Shown piece after piece: positions 15,529 through 24,341 of a stretch of 64,000 nt of DNA. Origin of the DNA: a virus; the IMG/VR virus record IMGVR_UViG_3300005758_000037, positions 1-64,000 of that record; one strand, written 5' to 3'. Every line of letters starts with the position of its first letter. The stretch's first letter is position 1. Made by a program: the position numbers and the translations under genes. The notes beneath the pieces are model-generated. The model made no database searches. It saw nothing but the letters and a program-made list of their open reading frames with translations, and was not told the DNA's origin.

Positions 15529-16104
15529 ATGAAGAAATGTCGTGAATGTCTTATTGACAAAGAAGAATCTTGTTTCAGTAAAATGAAAGATTCATTAGAT
15601 GGTTTACAAAGGCGTTGTAAAGATTGCAATCGTAAATATCGTGAATTAAATAAAAATAAAGTCTCTGAAGCAAAGAAAAAGTGCTATTTAAAAGATAAAG
15701 AAAAATATAAAAATAGAATTCAAGCTGCTTATTTCGAAAATAGAGAAGATAGATTACTTTATGCAAAAAATTATAGAGAATCCAATTGTTTAGAAGTATC
15801 TGCTACTAAAAGAAAATGCTATGATTCTAACCCACCACTATACACATTTCTAAGAGCAAAATACAGAGCCTCTAAACTAAAAGCTACTCCACCTTGGTTA
15901 ACAAAGCAAGACTTCGAACAAATAAAAGAATTATACGAAGTTGCTAAAGCTTTTAAGTTGTACACAGGTGAAGAATATCACGTAGATCATGTTATTCCAT
16001 TACAGGGTGAAAATGTTTGCGGTTTGCACGTACCTTGGAATTTACAGGTAATTTCCGCAAAAGAAAATCTCAGTAAACATAACAAGTTGATACAGGAATT
16101 ATAA
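15529..16104 (+). CDS. HNH endonuclease, family A paralogue
   Basis: ATG at 15529 with a GGAG RBS (the ORF is open from 15409). CREC...CKDC zinc ribbon, basic linker, and HNH core [37 protein letters not shown], near-identical to the core of 1402..1893. Confidence 0.85.
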   Translation: [191 protein letters not shown]

Positions 16105-16511
16105 TGGCAACGATCCAAGACATAAGATATGAACTAGGTGATACTTCACCAGAATTCCCGATGATGACTGATGCTGAGATTAGATACTTTCTATATAAAA
16201 ACGATTGTAATCTACAACGCACTGCAATGGACGTAGCAAAATCTTTGTTACTAAAATTGAGCATGCGTAGTGATGAAACAGTTGACTTGTTCAGTGTCAA
16301 AGGTTCACAGGCTGCTAAAAATTACATGCAAGCTCTAAAGATGTATATTAGCAATCCTGACCTTAACAGAATTTATGACAGTGTTATGCCCTATGCTGGT
16401 GGTATTAGTAAATCTGACATGGAAGCAAATGATTCTGTAACAGATAACAATATTATTGTGCCTCCAACAAAATCACCAAGCTTACCTGTCAATGGTTACT
16501 TTGAGATTTGA
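16104..16511 (+). CDS. putative head-tail adaptor/head completion protein
   Basis: 135-aa ORF, TAATG-coupled, first of four small genes between the capsid and tail tube genes. Called from position only. Confidence 0.5.
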   Translation: MATIQDIRYELGDTSPEFPMMTDAEIRYFLYKNDCNLQRTAMDVAKSLLLKLSMRSDETVDLFSVKGSQAAKNYMQALKMYISNPDLNRIYDSVMPYAGGISKSDMEANDSVTDNNIIVPPTKSPSLPVNGYFEI

Positions 16512-16519
16512 GGTGCTAG

Positions 16520-16876
16520 ATGAATCAGTTTTTGCAATCTACTGTAAAATTAATTAATCTACACGGTCAACAAATGACTTATGTTGCTGTCACAGAGGGT
16601 GCTTATAATATTGAAACTGGTTCTAGTACAAATACAGATACTAACTATGCTGTAAAAATGTATAAGAAGCACATTAGAGCAAATCAGTATAATTATCCAA
16701 ACTTAATTGGTCAAGATGCTGCTCTATTTTATTTAGCTAATAATAAACTACAGTTTGTACCAAATGTAAGAGATAAAATTGTAGTTGATTCTAAAAGTTA
16801 TGTAATTGACAACATTACTGAACACAGAGCAAATGGTGTAATTGTACTTTACAGAATATTGGCTGTTAAGGGTTAA
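16520..16876 (+). CDS. putative head-tail joining protein
   Basis: 118-aa ORF with a GAGG RBS in the neck-gene position. Confidence 0.5.
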   Translation: MNQFLQSTVKLINLHGQQMTYVAVTEGAYNIETGSSTNTDTNYAVKMYKKHIRANQYNYPNLIGQDAALFYLANNKLQFVPNVRDKIVVDSKSYVIDNITEHRANGVIVLYRILAVKG

Positions 16877-16878
16877 TC

Positions 16879-17421
16879 ATGATTAGCTGTGATACTTCAA
16901 AATTAGAAGCTGAATTAAAGAAGTTTCACGAAGAAGCTACCCGTAAACTAGAAGGAATGGTAGAGAAATTTTCTTATTGGGTAACTTGGGAAGCTATTGA
17001 AAATACACCATTCGGTGACGATGTAGAATACGCTGCACTATACAATAATCCAGCTAGATTAACAGTAGCCAAAAATGCTAGAGCCGGTAATGCAAAAGGT
17101 GGTTGGGTTATAGAAATGAATAAACCCTATTCATCTTGGTGGTTCATGCAAGCAGATAATGAAAATGCTGAAAACGTAAAATGGGCTGCGGATCATCGAT
17201 CTTCTAATTATAAAATTGGTGATACAGTTTATATTACAAACAATGTACCTTATGTTAGTGCAGACGGTTGGCCCTACGATACATATAAAAATGGCGCACC
17301 AGTAAGATCGCTAGAATCAGGCGCATCTGCACAAGCTCCGTTTGGTATAATGGAACCAACTTTACATGCTGTGCTTGGTATATACCAATCCGATCTTAAA
17401 AAATATTATGAGGAAAGTTGA
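16879..17421 (+). CDS. putative neck/tail-completion protein
   Basis: 180-aa ORF in the neck-gene position, overlapping the next gene (TGATG). Confidence 0.5.
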   Translation: MISCDTSKLEAELKKFHEEATRKLEGMVEKFSYWVTWEAIENTPFGDDVEYAALYNNPARLTVAKNARAGNAKGGWVIEMNKPYSSWWFMQADNENAENVKWAADHRSSNYKIGDTVYITNNVPYVSADGWPYDTYKNGAPVRSLESGASAQAPFGIMEPTLHAVLGIYQSDLKKYYEES

Positions 17422-17831
17422 TGGCAATCGTAGATATTAAACGTGCTGCTGAAAGGCACTTAAATGGATTGACACCAACTGTACAAACTGGTTGGGAAAA
17501 CGTAAGTTTCGATCCACCTAAAGATCAATTATATCAACGTGTACAATTTCTTGTGCAACCTCCAGAAGACCCTGTATTGGGTACTGGCTTTCACAGAGAA
17601 AGAGTTACAATGCAAGTTTTTGTAGTTGGTATGATTAACAAAGGGACTTCAGAAGTCCTTTCTCGTGCTGAGTTAATCAGAGACAGATTTAAAAAAGGTT
17701 TAGTTCTTGTAGAAGACAATGTACGAATTCACGTATTAAGAACACCTCAGATTTCTGGAACAGCAATTGCATCTGACAGAATTATCTGTCCTGTAATTAT
17801 CGAACTAGTCGCAGAAGTGTATTCCGACTAA
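17418..17831 (+). CDS. putative tail terminator protein
   Basis: 137-aa ORF immediately 5' of the tail tube gene. Called from size and position. Confidence 0.5.
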   Translation: MMAIVDIKRAAERHLNGLTPTVQTGWENVSFDPPKDQLYQRVQFLVQPPEDPVLGTGFHRERVTMQVFVVGMINKGTSEVLSRAELIRDRFKKGLVLVEDNVRIHVLRTPQISGTAIASDRIICPVIIELVAEVYSD

Positions 17832-17894
17832 AGGTTTTCTGATACCTTAAATCAGTACATTTGCAAATGTCAAATCTAATTTGGAGAAAACAAT

Positions 17895-19103
17895 ATGCCT
17901 ATTTCAAAAGGTACAGCCAAGCAAGTTGGCTATAAGAAAGAAACAACTTGGGGTACACTAGCCGGTAATACTTCTGGTAAGCTACTACGTCGAGTAACAG
18001 CTAGTTTTAACCTAGTAAAAGATGCTTATGAATCTGGTGAGATTCGCACAGACCGTCAAATTGCTGATTATCGTCACGGTGTGCGCTCTGCTGAAGGTAG
18101 TCTAAATGGTGAATTATCACCTGCCACTTATGCTGATTTCATGGGTTCAATTGTTGGTAAAGACTTCGTTGCTGGTCCATCAGCCACTGGTCTTTCAGTA
18201 ACAATCGCTCAATCTGGTTCACTTTATACCGTAACTCGTGCCACTGGTTCATGGTTGGCAGAAGGTTTCCAAGTCGGTATGATTGTACGTTTGTCTGGTA
18301 CTGGTCTAGATGCTGCAAACGCCAGTAAAAACCTTCTGATTGCTTCTATGACCGCTACAGTACTAACAGTAGCTGTTGTAAATGGTTCAACACTAACCGC
18401 TGAAGGTCCAATCGCTTCTGTATCTGCGAATGGAACAGGTAAAGTAACTTATGTACCTGCTTCTGGTCATACTGACGATTCATATACTGTTGAAGAATGG
18501 TATGCTGACATTGCACAGTCTGAAGTATATACAGGCATGAAGCTAAACAGCATGGCAGTTCAACTTCCTGCTACTGGTCTAACAACTGTAGACTTTGGTT
18601 TTGCCGGTAAAGACCTAACACAAAAAGGTACGACTCAGTATTTCACTTCACCAACTGCTCAGAACTCAAACGGTATTTTTGCTGCTGTTAACGGTGTAAT
18701 GCTTGTTGCTGGTCAACCTGTTGCTCTAGTAACCTCTGCTGACTTTACAGTAGAACGTGCTACAGAAAATGCAACTGCTGTAGGTTCTAACTCTATTGCT
18801 GAAATTTTCACTGGTCGTATTCGTGTAACAGGTAACCTAAGTGTTTACTTCCAAGATGCTACTTTCCGTGGCTACTTTGATGCTGAAACACCCGTTACTC
18901 TAGTTCTAGCTCTAACTACAGATAGTACTGCTAACTCACAATTCGTAACCTTTACACTACCAAAAGTAAAACTAGGTAGTTTTACAAAGGATGATGGTGA
19001 ACTAGGTATCGTTGCATCTACAAGCTTCCAAGCTCTACTAAATGATGTAACTACTGCTGGTCTACCAGCTACTACAATCCAGATTCAAGACTCTGCTGCT
19101 TGA
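17895..19103 (+). CDS. major tail (tube) protein
   Basis: 402 aa with a GGAG RBS and strong codon bias. Followed by a terminator and then the chaperone and tape-measure genes, which is the canonical siphovirus order. Confidence 0.65.
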   Translation: MPISKGTAKQVGYKKETTWGTLAGNTSGKLLRRVTASFNLVKDAYESGEIRTDRQIADYRHGVRSAEGSLNGELSPATYADFMGSIVGKDFVAGPSATGLSVTIAQSGSLYTVTRATGSWLAEGFQVGMIVRLSGTGLDAANASKNLLIASMTATVLTVAVVNGSTLTAEGPIASVSANGTGKVTYVPASGHTDDSYTVEEWYADIAQSEVYTGMKLNSMAVQLPATGLTTVDFGFAGKDLTQKGTTQYFTSPTAQNSNGIFAAVNGVMLVAGQPVALVTSADFTVERATENATAVGSNSIAEIFTGRIRVTGNLSVYFQDATFRGYFDAETPVTLVLALTTDSTANSQFVTFTLPKVKLGSFTKDDGELGIVASTSFQALLNDVTTAGLPATTIQIQDSAA

Positions 19104-19114
19104 TAACTGACGTA

Positions 19115-19147
19115 AACCCGAGGGAGAAATCCTTCGGGTTTTTCTTT
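19115..19147 (+). terminator. intrinsic terminator
   Basis: AACCCGAGGG-agaaat-CCTTCGGGTT followed by TTTTCTTTGTTT. Confidence 0.75.
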
Positions 19148-19158
19148 GTTTACAACTC

Positions 19159-19187
19159 TTGATTTTATTTGTTATTTGTGCTATAAT
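19159..19187 (+). promoter_or_regulatory. sigma70-type promoter with extended -10
   Basis: TTGATT (19159-19164), 17-nt spacer, TGc-TATAAT (19179-19187). Confidence 0.6.
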
Positions 19188-19216
19188 GGTTACTTCATTA
19201 ACAATGAAAGGAAATT

Positions 19217-19630
19217 ATGTCACTAGATTTAGCAAAAACAAACCTAGCCGATGCTGCTGATGCTGGCTACGAATTCGAAGTAAAACTCCCCGGTACTGGC
19301 GATCCAACAGGTGCTTTTATCACCGTGCGTGGTGAAATGTCAAAGACTGTCAAAGCTTATGCTCGTCAGAAGTTTCGTGAGTTTCAACTAAAAGAACAAC
19401 AGGCAAAACGCCGTGGTAAGCAATCCGAAGAAATGACACTTGAAGAAGCTGAAGAACTTGCAGTAGAATCCGCAGTAGTTCGTGTCATTGGTTGGAAAGG
19501 TATTACCGAAAATGGTAAAGAAGTACCATTCACCAAAGAAAACGCAGAAAGAATCTTTACAGAACACTCATGGATTCGTGAGCAAGTTATGGAGGAATCA
19601 AATCAACTGCTAAACTTTCGACCCGAGTGA
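19217..19630 (+). CDS. tail assembly chaperone (gpG-like)
   Basis: 137-aa acidic ORF between the tail tube and tape measure genes, with an AAAGGAAA RBS. Confidence 0.7.
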   Translation: MSLDLAKTNLADAADAGYEFEVKLPGTGDPTGAFITVRGEMSKTVKAYARQKFREFQLKEQQAKRRGKQSEEMTLEEAEELAVESAVVRVIGWKGITENGKEVPFTKENAERIFTEHSWIREQVMEESNQLLNFRPE

Positions 19631-20000
19631 TGTAGAACAAACACTGGAATATGCCGAACAAGAATTTAAGTTATCTGTAACATTTAAAGATGGTAATACT
19701 TTACGTGATCAACTTAATAATGTTTGGCGACAAACTGGTGTAAAACCAAAAGAACTAAACGAGATGGTTGAATTACCATCAAGTTGTGAACATGTTTGGA
19801 AATGGTTTATTGATTTGCATAGCTCAAGATCAAGTAGTGGTTTTGGTATTAATCCTTTGTCTTATTCAGATATGTATTCGTACTTTAATTTAATTAACAT
19901 GCAACCAGAAGAGTGGGAACTTGATTTGATTAAATTAATAGATAGAAAAGTTTTGAATATACACGCTAAAGAAGCTGAAAAGAATTTAAATAAAAAATAA
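19614..20000 (+). CDS. gpT-like extension reading frame (expressed as a G-T fusion by frameshift, or from ATG 19764)
   Basis: The +1 frame is open from 19614 across the G stop (19628-19630) to 20000. The encoded ...CEHVWKWFIDLHSSR...INPLSYSDMYSYFNLINMQPEEWELDLIKLIDRKVL resembles the T-domain of tail chaperones. The -1 frame is closed (TAG at 19633-19635). Confidence 0.55.
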   Translation, partial: TFDPSDVEQTLEYAEQEFKLSVTFKDGNTLRDQLNNVWRQTGVKPKELNEMVELPSSCEHVWKWFIDLHSSRSSSGFGINPLSYSDMYSYFNLINMQPEEWELDLIKLIDRKVLNIHAKEAEKNLNKK

Positions 20001-20004
20001 ACCA

Positions 20005-20030
20005 GCCCCTTAATTGGGGCTTTTATCTTT
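20005..20030 (+). terminator. intrinsic terminator
   Basis: GCCCC-ttaatt-GGGGC followed by TTTTATCTTT. Confidence 0.7.
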
Positions 20031-20085
20031 GTGAATTATCTTTAGTTTATAAAGATAAAATCTTCCATACACACAGGAGACAATT

Positions 20086-23000
20086 ATGGAATTAACGCAA
20101 TTAAAGTTTGTCGTTGATACTTCAGATTTAAAGAATGCTTCCGCTGCAATTAAAGCATTGGCAGAAGACGTTAATAGACTGAACAAACCAATGCAAGAAG
20201 CTGCAAAGGCTTCTAGCAATCTAAATAAAGAACAGACCAAGAGTTCTAGCACTGCTAAAGAAGTCGAAGCAACAACAAAGAAACAAGTTAGCGTTTTAGA
20301 ACGTCAACAAATGATTCTTGAGTTCATGACTCAAGGTTTCTCCAAAGGTCAATCTTCACAGTTAGCATATGCCAAAGCCGCTGGTGCAGTTACTACGGAG
20401 ATCGAACAGTTGGGTAAAGTGCTTCAGACACAACGCACTTTGATGGGTACTGATCCATTCGATAAGAGTCTTGGTGCTATGCAAGCTCTTAAAAACGAAT
20501 ATACAGTAATTAAAGAAGTTCAAAGATTATACAATGCTGAGTTAGGTTTGAGCAAATCTCAAATGGAAGACTTGGCTCGTGAAAAACTTCGTTTAATCGA
20601 AAAGTTCAAGCTTGAAGGTGCATCATTAAATGATGTAAAGCAAGGTCTTAGAGATTTAAAGACAGCGTATGTTCAAAACGCAAATGCTGAAAATTCGATT
20701 ACTCAGTCGATCCGTTCAAGACAAAAGGCTATTCAAGATACTGCAAAAGCACAAGACTATGTATCTCGTGAATTTGAACGAGTAAATAGATTAACTGCCG
20801 ACAATGGTAATATTACTAGTGCTACAAATAACAAGCTTATCGCAATGGAAAAAGCTTTGCGTATGAGTGGTATGTCTGCTGCTGAACAGACAAGTAAGCT
20901 TGAAGCATACAGAAAGAGTCTAGAGTCAATTCAAAAAGCTTCTGGTCAAAGACAAGTTGATTACTTATCTCGTGCCCTCGGTCCACAGATTACCGATATT
21001 TTCGTCGGTCTTGCAACAGGTCAATCTCCAATGATGGTCTTGTTACAGCAAGGTGGTCAATTACGTGACCAATTTGCTCTAGCAGGTGTTGCTGGCGCTC
21101 AAATGGGTGATATGCTTGTTAAAGCAAGTAAGGCAATGGTTACCAGTGTAAAAGATATTGCTTTCGCTGTCGGTGATCTATTACTAAAAGCAATACTAGG
21201 TGTTGGATCAGCTATTGTCGGCTCTTTAATATCGCCGTTCAAAGTGCTATATACAACAATGGTTGGTATGGCAACTGGTACAATGACGGCAACTGCTGCT
21301 CTTGAGGCACTGAAGATTGCCACTTTAAATCTTGCTAAAACAGGTATTGGTGCAGTTCTAATTGGTCTTGGTGCGTTACTATATGAATACATTCAAGTAA
21401 CTAAAGCAAACACTGATTTATCACAAGCTATTGCACTAACAGGTGCTAGTTTGGGGATGTCTCGCAATGAAGCTATTGCATTTGCAGAAACTCTAAGTCA
21501 AAAGACAGGAACAAGTACATTAAAGTATATTGGAATCTTAACTGAATTTGCTAAGGCAGGTGCTAATGTTGATGAAGGTATCATCAAGTTGGCTTCTGAT
21601 ATGGATAAATATCTTGGTCAGTCAATAGATCAAACAGCACAACAGTATGCAGAATTATCTAATGAACCAACAAAGGCTTTAGTTAAGATTGCTCAACAAC
21701 AAGGTTTTGTAAATGAAGCAACTCTTCGTCAAGTTTATGAACTAGAAAGAGTCGGTAGAAAAACTGAAGCTGCTACAATAGCTCAAAAAGCTTATCAGGA
21801 GTCACAAAGAAATGCATTAGCAGATGCTAAAGCTAACTTAGACCCTTTACAAAAGTTGTGGATTGATGTAAAATCAGCAGTAAGTCAAGCAAGTGAAGCT
21901 GTCTATGATTTATTAAAGTCAGGTCCAGTAGTTGCAACTTTTAGAACTATTTGGGAAACAGTATCTGTTGTTGTATCAGAAGTTTGGTATGTTCTAAAGC
22001 AAACCGGTATTGAAATCGGTGGTATTGGCGCTCAAATTGCTGCTGTGATGCGAGGTGACTTTGCTGGTGCTAAGAGCATTGGTGAACAAATGAAGATTGA
22101 TGCTGATGCTGCTAGAAAATCACAAGATGAACTAGTTAAATCAATTCTAGATAGAAACAAAGCTGAATCCGAAGGTTCGAAGATAACAGCAGAACAGAGA
22201 AAAGCCAATTCTGATGCTGGTAAATCTTTCACTGATAGAATGCAACTTCAGAAAGAATCTTTAGACTTCTTCAATCAAACAATGAAAGAAGCTGCGAAGA
22301 TTGAAACTGAAGCTGCTTTTGCTGGTTATGAATTGAATGCTGCACAGCGAAAAATGATTGAGATTATTTCTGATGTTAAATTCCAGAAATTAACTCAGGA
22401 TAAGCAATCAGAACTTTTAGCTAGATTAGCCAATGCTAGTGCTGCAATTGAAGAAATAAAAGCTTTAGAGGAATTGAGAAAGCAAAACATAAAAGTAACT
22501 GAAGAATATATTAAACAACAAGAAGCTAAAGATAAGCTCTGGTTTGATTCAATGGAAGCTTCAGATGCTGCTACAAAAGCTGTTAGATTGGAAAGTGAAG
22601 CATTAGATTTTCAAATGCAAGTCCTTTCAAAGACTGAACGTGAAAGAAGTAGAGCATTGAAAATTAGACAAATTCAGCTTGAGCTAGACAAAGAAAATCT
22701 TGAGCTAGATAAAAAGCTAGGTCTAAGTGCTGTACAACGTGAAGAACTAAAAGCTGAAGCTGCGGAACGTGCTGCTCAAAAGATCGCAAATGTAAATAAG
22801 AGCATTGTACTTGAAGACGAAATGAAACGAGTAACTGCTTATGGCGATGCCTTTAAAAATGTATTTAATGGTATGGCCGATGCAATCGTTGATTTTGCCA
22901 AAACAGGTAAATTGAACTTCGGTGATCTAATCAATACCATGATTACTGATTTGATTAGATTTGAAATGCGTATGCAGATGATGAAAATCTATGAAGGTTT

Positions 23001-23445
23001 TGGTGGTTCTGCTGGTATAATCAGTGGTCTTACAAAAGCTTTTGGATTTGCAGACGGTGGTGCTTTCTCAGGTGGTGTTCAGAAGTTTGCTAATGGTGGT
23101 GCTTTCACAAACAGCATTGTCAGTCAACCAACCATGTTTAAGTTCGCCAAAGGTACAGGTCTAATGGGTGAAGCTGGTCCAGAAGCGATCATGCCTCTTA
23201 CAAGAGATTCTAGTGGTAAACTTGGTGTACAAGCATCTGGTTCTGGTTCAAATGTTTCTGTACAAGTTATAAACAATACAAACGCAACAGCAACAACAAA
23301 TGAAACGGTTGATTCTAAGGGTAATAGAAAGGTTGAAGTAGTAATTGGTGAAATGACTGCTGGTGAAATTTCACGCAGTGGTAGTGCTTCACAAAAATCA
23401 ATTCGATCAACATTTGGTATTACACCTCAACTAATTAGGAGATAA
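20086..23445 (+). CDS. tape measure protein
   Basis: 1119 aa, Ala/Gln/Lys/Glu-rich helical with a central hydrophobic segment and a C-terminal Gly-rich region, located after the chaperone pair. Confidence 0.9.
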   Translation: MELTQLKFVVDTSDLKNASAAIKALAEDVNRLNKPMQEAAKASSNLNKEQTKSSSTAKEVEATTKKQVSVLERQQMILEFMTQGFSKGQSSQLAYAKAAGAVTTEIEQLGKVLQTQRTLMGTDPFDKSLGAMQALKNEYTVIKEVQRLYNAELGLSKSQMEDLAREKLRLIEKFKLEGASLNDVKQGLRDLKTAYVQNANAENSITQSIRSRQKAIQDTAKAQDYVSREFERVNRLTADNGNITSATNNKLIAMEKALRMSGMSAAEQTSKLEAYRKSLESIQKASGQRQVDYLSRALGPQITDIFVGLATGQSPMMVLLQQGGQLRDQFALAGVAGAQMGDMLVKASKAMVTSVKDIAFAVGDLLLKAILGVGSAIVGSLISPFKVLYTTMVGMATGTMTATAALEALKIATLNLAKTGIGAVLIGLGALLYEYIQVTKANTDLSQAIALTGASLGMSRNEAIAFAETLSQKTGTSTLKYIGILTEFAKAGANVDEGIIKLASDMDKYLGQSIDQTAQQYAELSNEPTKALVKIAQQQGFVNEATLRQVYELERVGRKTEAATIAQKAYQESQRNALADAKANLDPLQKLWIDVKSAVSQASEAVYDLLKSGPVVATFRTIWETVSVVVSEVWYVLKQTGIEIGGIGAQIAAVMRGDFAGAKSIGEQMKIDADAARKSQDELVKSILDRNKAESEGSKITAEQRKANSDAGKSFTDRMQLQKESLDFFNQTMKEAAKIETEAAFAGYELNAAQRKMIEIISDVKFQKLTQDKQSELLARLANASAAIEEIKALEELRKQNIKVTEEYIKQQEAKDKLWFDSMEASDAATKAVRLESEALDFQMQVLSKTERERSRALKIRQIQLELDKENLELDKKLGLSAVQREELKAEAAERAAQKIANVNKSIVLEDEMKRVTAYGDAFKNVFNGMADAIVDFAKTGKLNFGDLINTMITDLIRFEMRMQMMKIYEGFGGSAGIISGLTKAFGFADGGAFSGGVQKFANGGAFTNSIVSQPTMFKFAKGTGLMGEAGPEAIMPLTRDSSGKLGVQASGSGSNVSVQVINNTNATATTNETVDSKGNRKVEVVIGEMTAGEISRSGSASQKSIRSTFGITPQLIRR

Positions 23446-23447
23446 TA

Positions 23448-23813
23448 ATGGCTTATACTTATATCTGGCCTCCTACACTTCCGCAAATGCCTCTGAACAA
23501 TTATTCAGAGACAACTGGTGTTTTAGTCATTAGGACACAACCAGATGTAGGTCCAGCTAAGATGCGTAGAAGAGGTCAACGACCAGACACACTTAGTGTA
23601 CAATATAACATGTCAACAGCACAGGTTGAAACCCTTCGGGGTTTCATCCAAGATACCTTGCGTGGTACTACCAGATTCGGTTATACTCACCCAAGAACAG
23701 GTCAAGTTGTAGAAGTTCGTGTTGTACCACAAGGTGATGGTCAGATGTTTACGACTGCTTACATCTTACCTGATTATTGGCAAGTATCTTTACAACTGGA
23801 GGTATTACCTTGA
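23448..23813 (+). CDS. minor tail protein (gpM-position)
   Basis: 121-aa ORF directly after the tape measure gene, with an AGGAG RBS. Confidence 0.5.
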   Translation: MAYTYIWPPTLPQMPLNNYSETTGVLVIRTQPDVGPAKMRRRGQRPDTLSVQYNMSTAQVETLRGFIQDTLRGTTRFGYTHPRTGQVVEVRVVPQGDGQMFTTAYILPDYWQVSLQLEVLP

Positions 23814-24331
23814 GTAGATTAGCTTCAATGTCGCCGTCAGCATTAAAGGCAGTCTTTTCACCTGATGCAGATGATGATCTGATTATTCTTCTTACGATTT
23901 ATGATCCGGTTAATGAAGCACAAGTGATTGCTAGGCTTGCTGATGGATATACCAAGCGAATATCTGAAACTGAATCAGATGTTATTTATGGTGTTACAAG
24001 TAACGGTTATGATTATACATTCCTTCCGATGGAAATATCTTTACCATCAGAAGATGAAGCACAAGCTCCAAAGTGCTCAATTACAATGTATGATGTAACT
24101 AGATATTTGACACCAATTATTCGTACAATTACATCGCCGCCAAAAGTAAAAATGGAGTTGGTTTTAAGTAAGACTCCAAATGTAGTGGAAGTTTCTTTTT
24201 CTGATTTTTTCATTAGTAATTTCAATTATAATGCAGACTCAGTTTCTGCTGAATTATCAATGATTGATTACGAAAGAGAACCATTTCCAATGCACTCTTT
24301 TACTCCGCAATATTTCCCCGGAATGTTCTAA
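23810..24331 (+). CDS. minor tail protein (DUF1833/gpL-position)
   Basis: TTG start at 23810 six nt after GGAGG (alternative ATG at 23828). ...LIILLTIYDP...YTFLPMEISLPSEDE... resembles the DUF1833 pattern. Sits between the M-like gene and the tip protein. Confidence 0.55.
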   Translation: MSRLASMSPSALKAVFSPDADDDLIILLTIYDPVNEAQVIARLADGYTKRISETESDVIYGVTSNGYDYTFLPMEISLPSEDEAQAPKCSITMYDVTRYLTPIIRTITSPPKVKMELVLSKTPNVVEVSFSDFFISNFNYNADSVSAELSMIDYEREPFPMHSFTPQYFPGMF

Positions 24332-24341
24332 TAGGATTAAT

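Larger units (their letters stand above)
15340..16104 (+). mobile_element. candidate free-standing HNH homing cassette (hairpin + own promoter + HNH gene) between capsid and neck genes
   Basis: Hairpin 15340-15357, consensus promoter 15371-15399, then an HNH ORF paralogous to 1402..1893. It interrupts an otherwise contiguous head-to-neck gene order. Confidence 0.4.

Noticed and set aside
20010-20252. Minus-strand ORF of 80 aa
   Set aside because: It spans the + strand terminator, the RBS and the start of the tape measure gene, is antisense to a strongly supported gene, and has no RBS.
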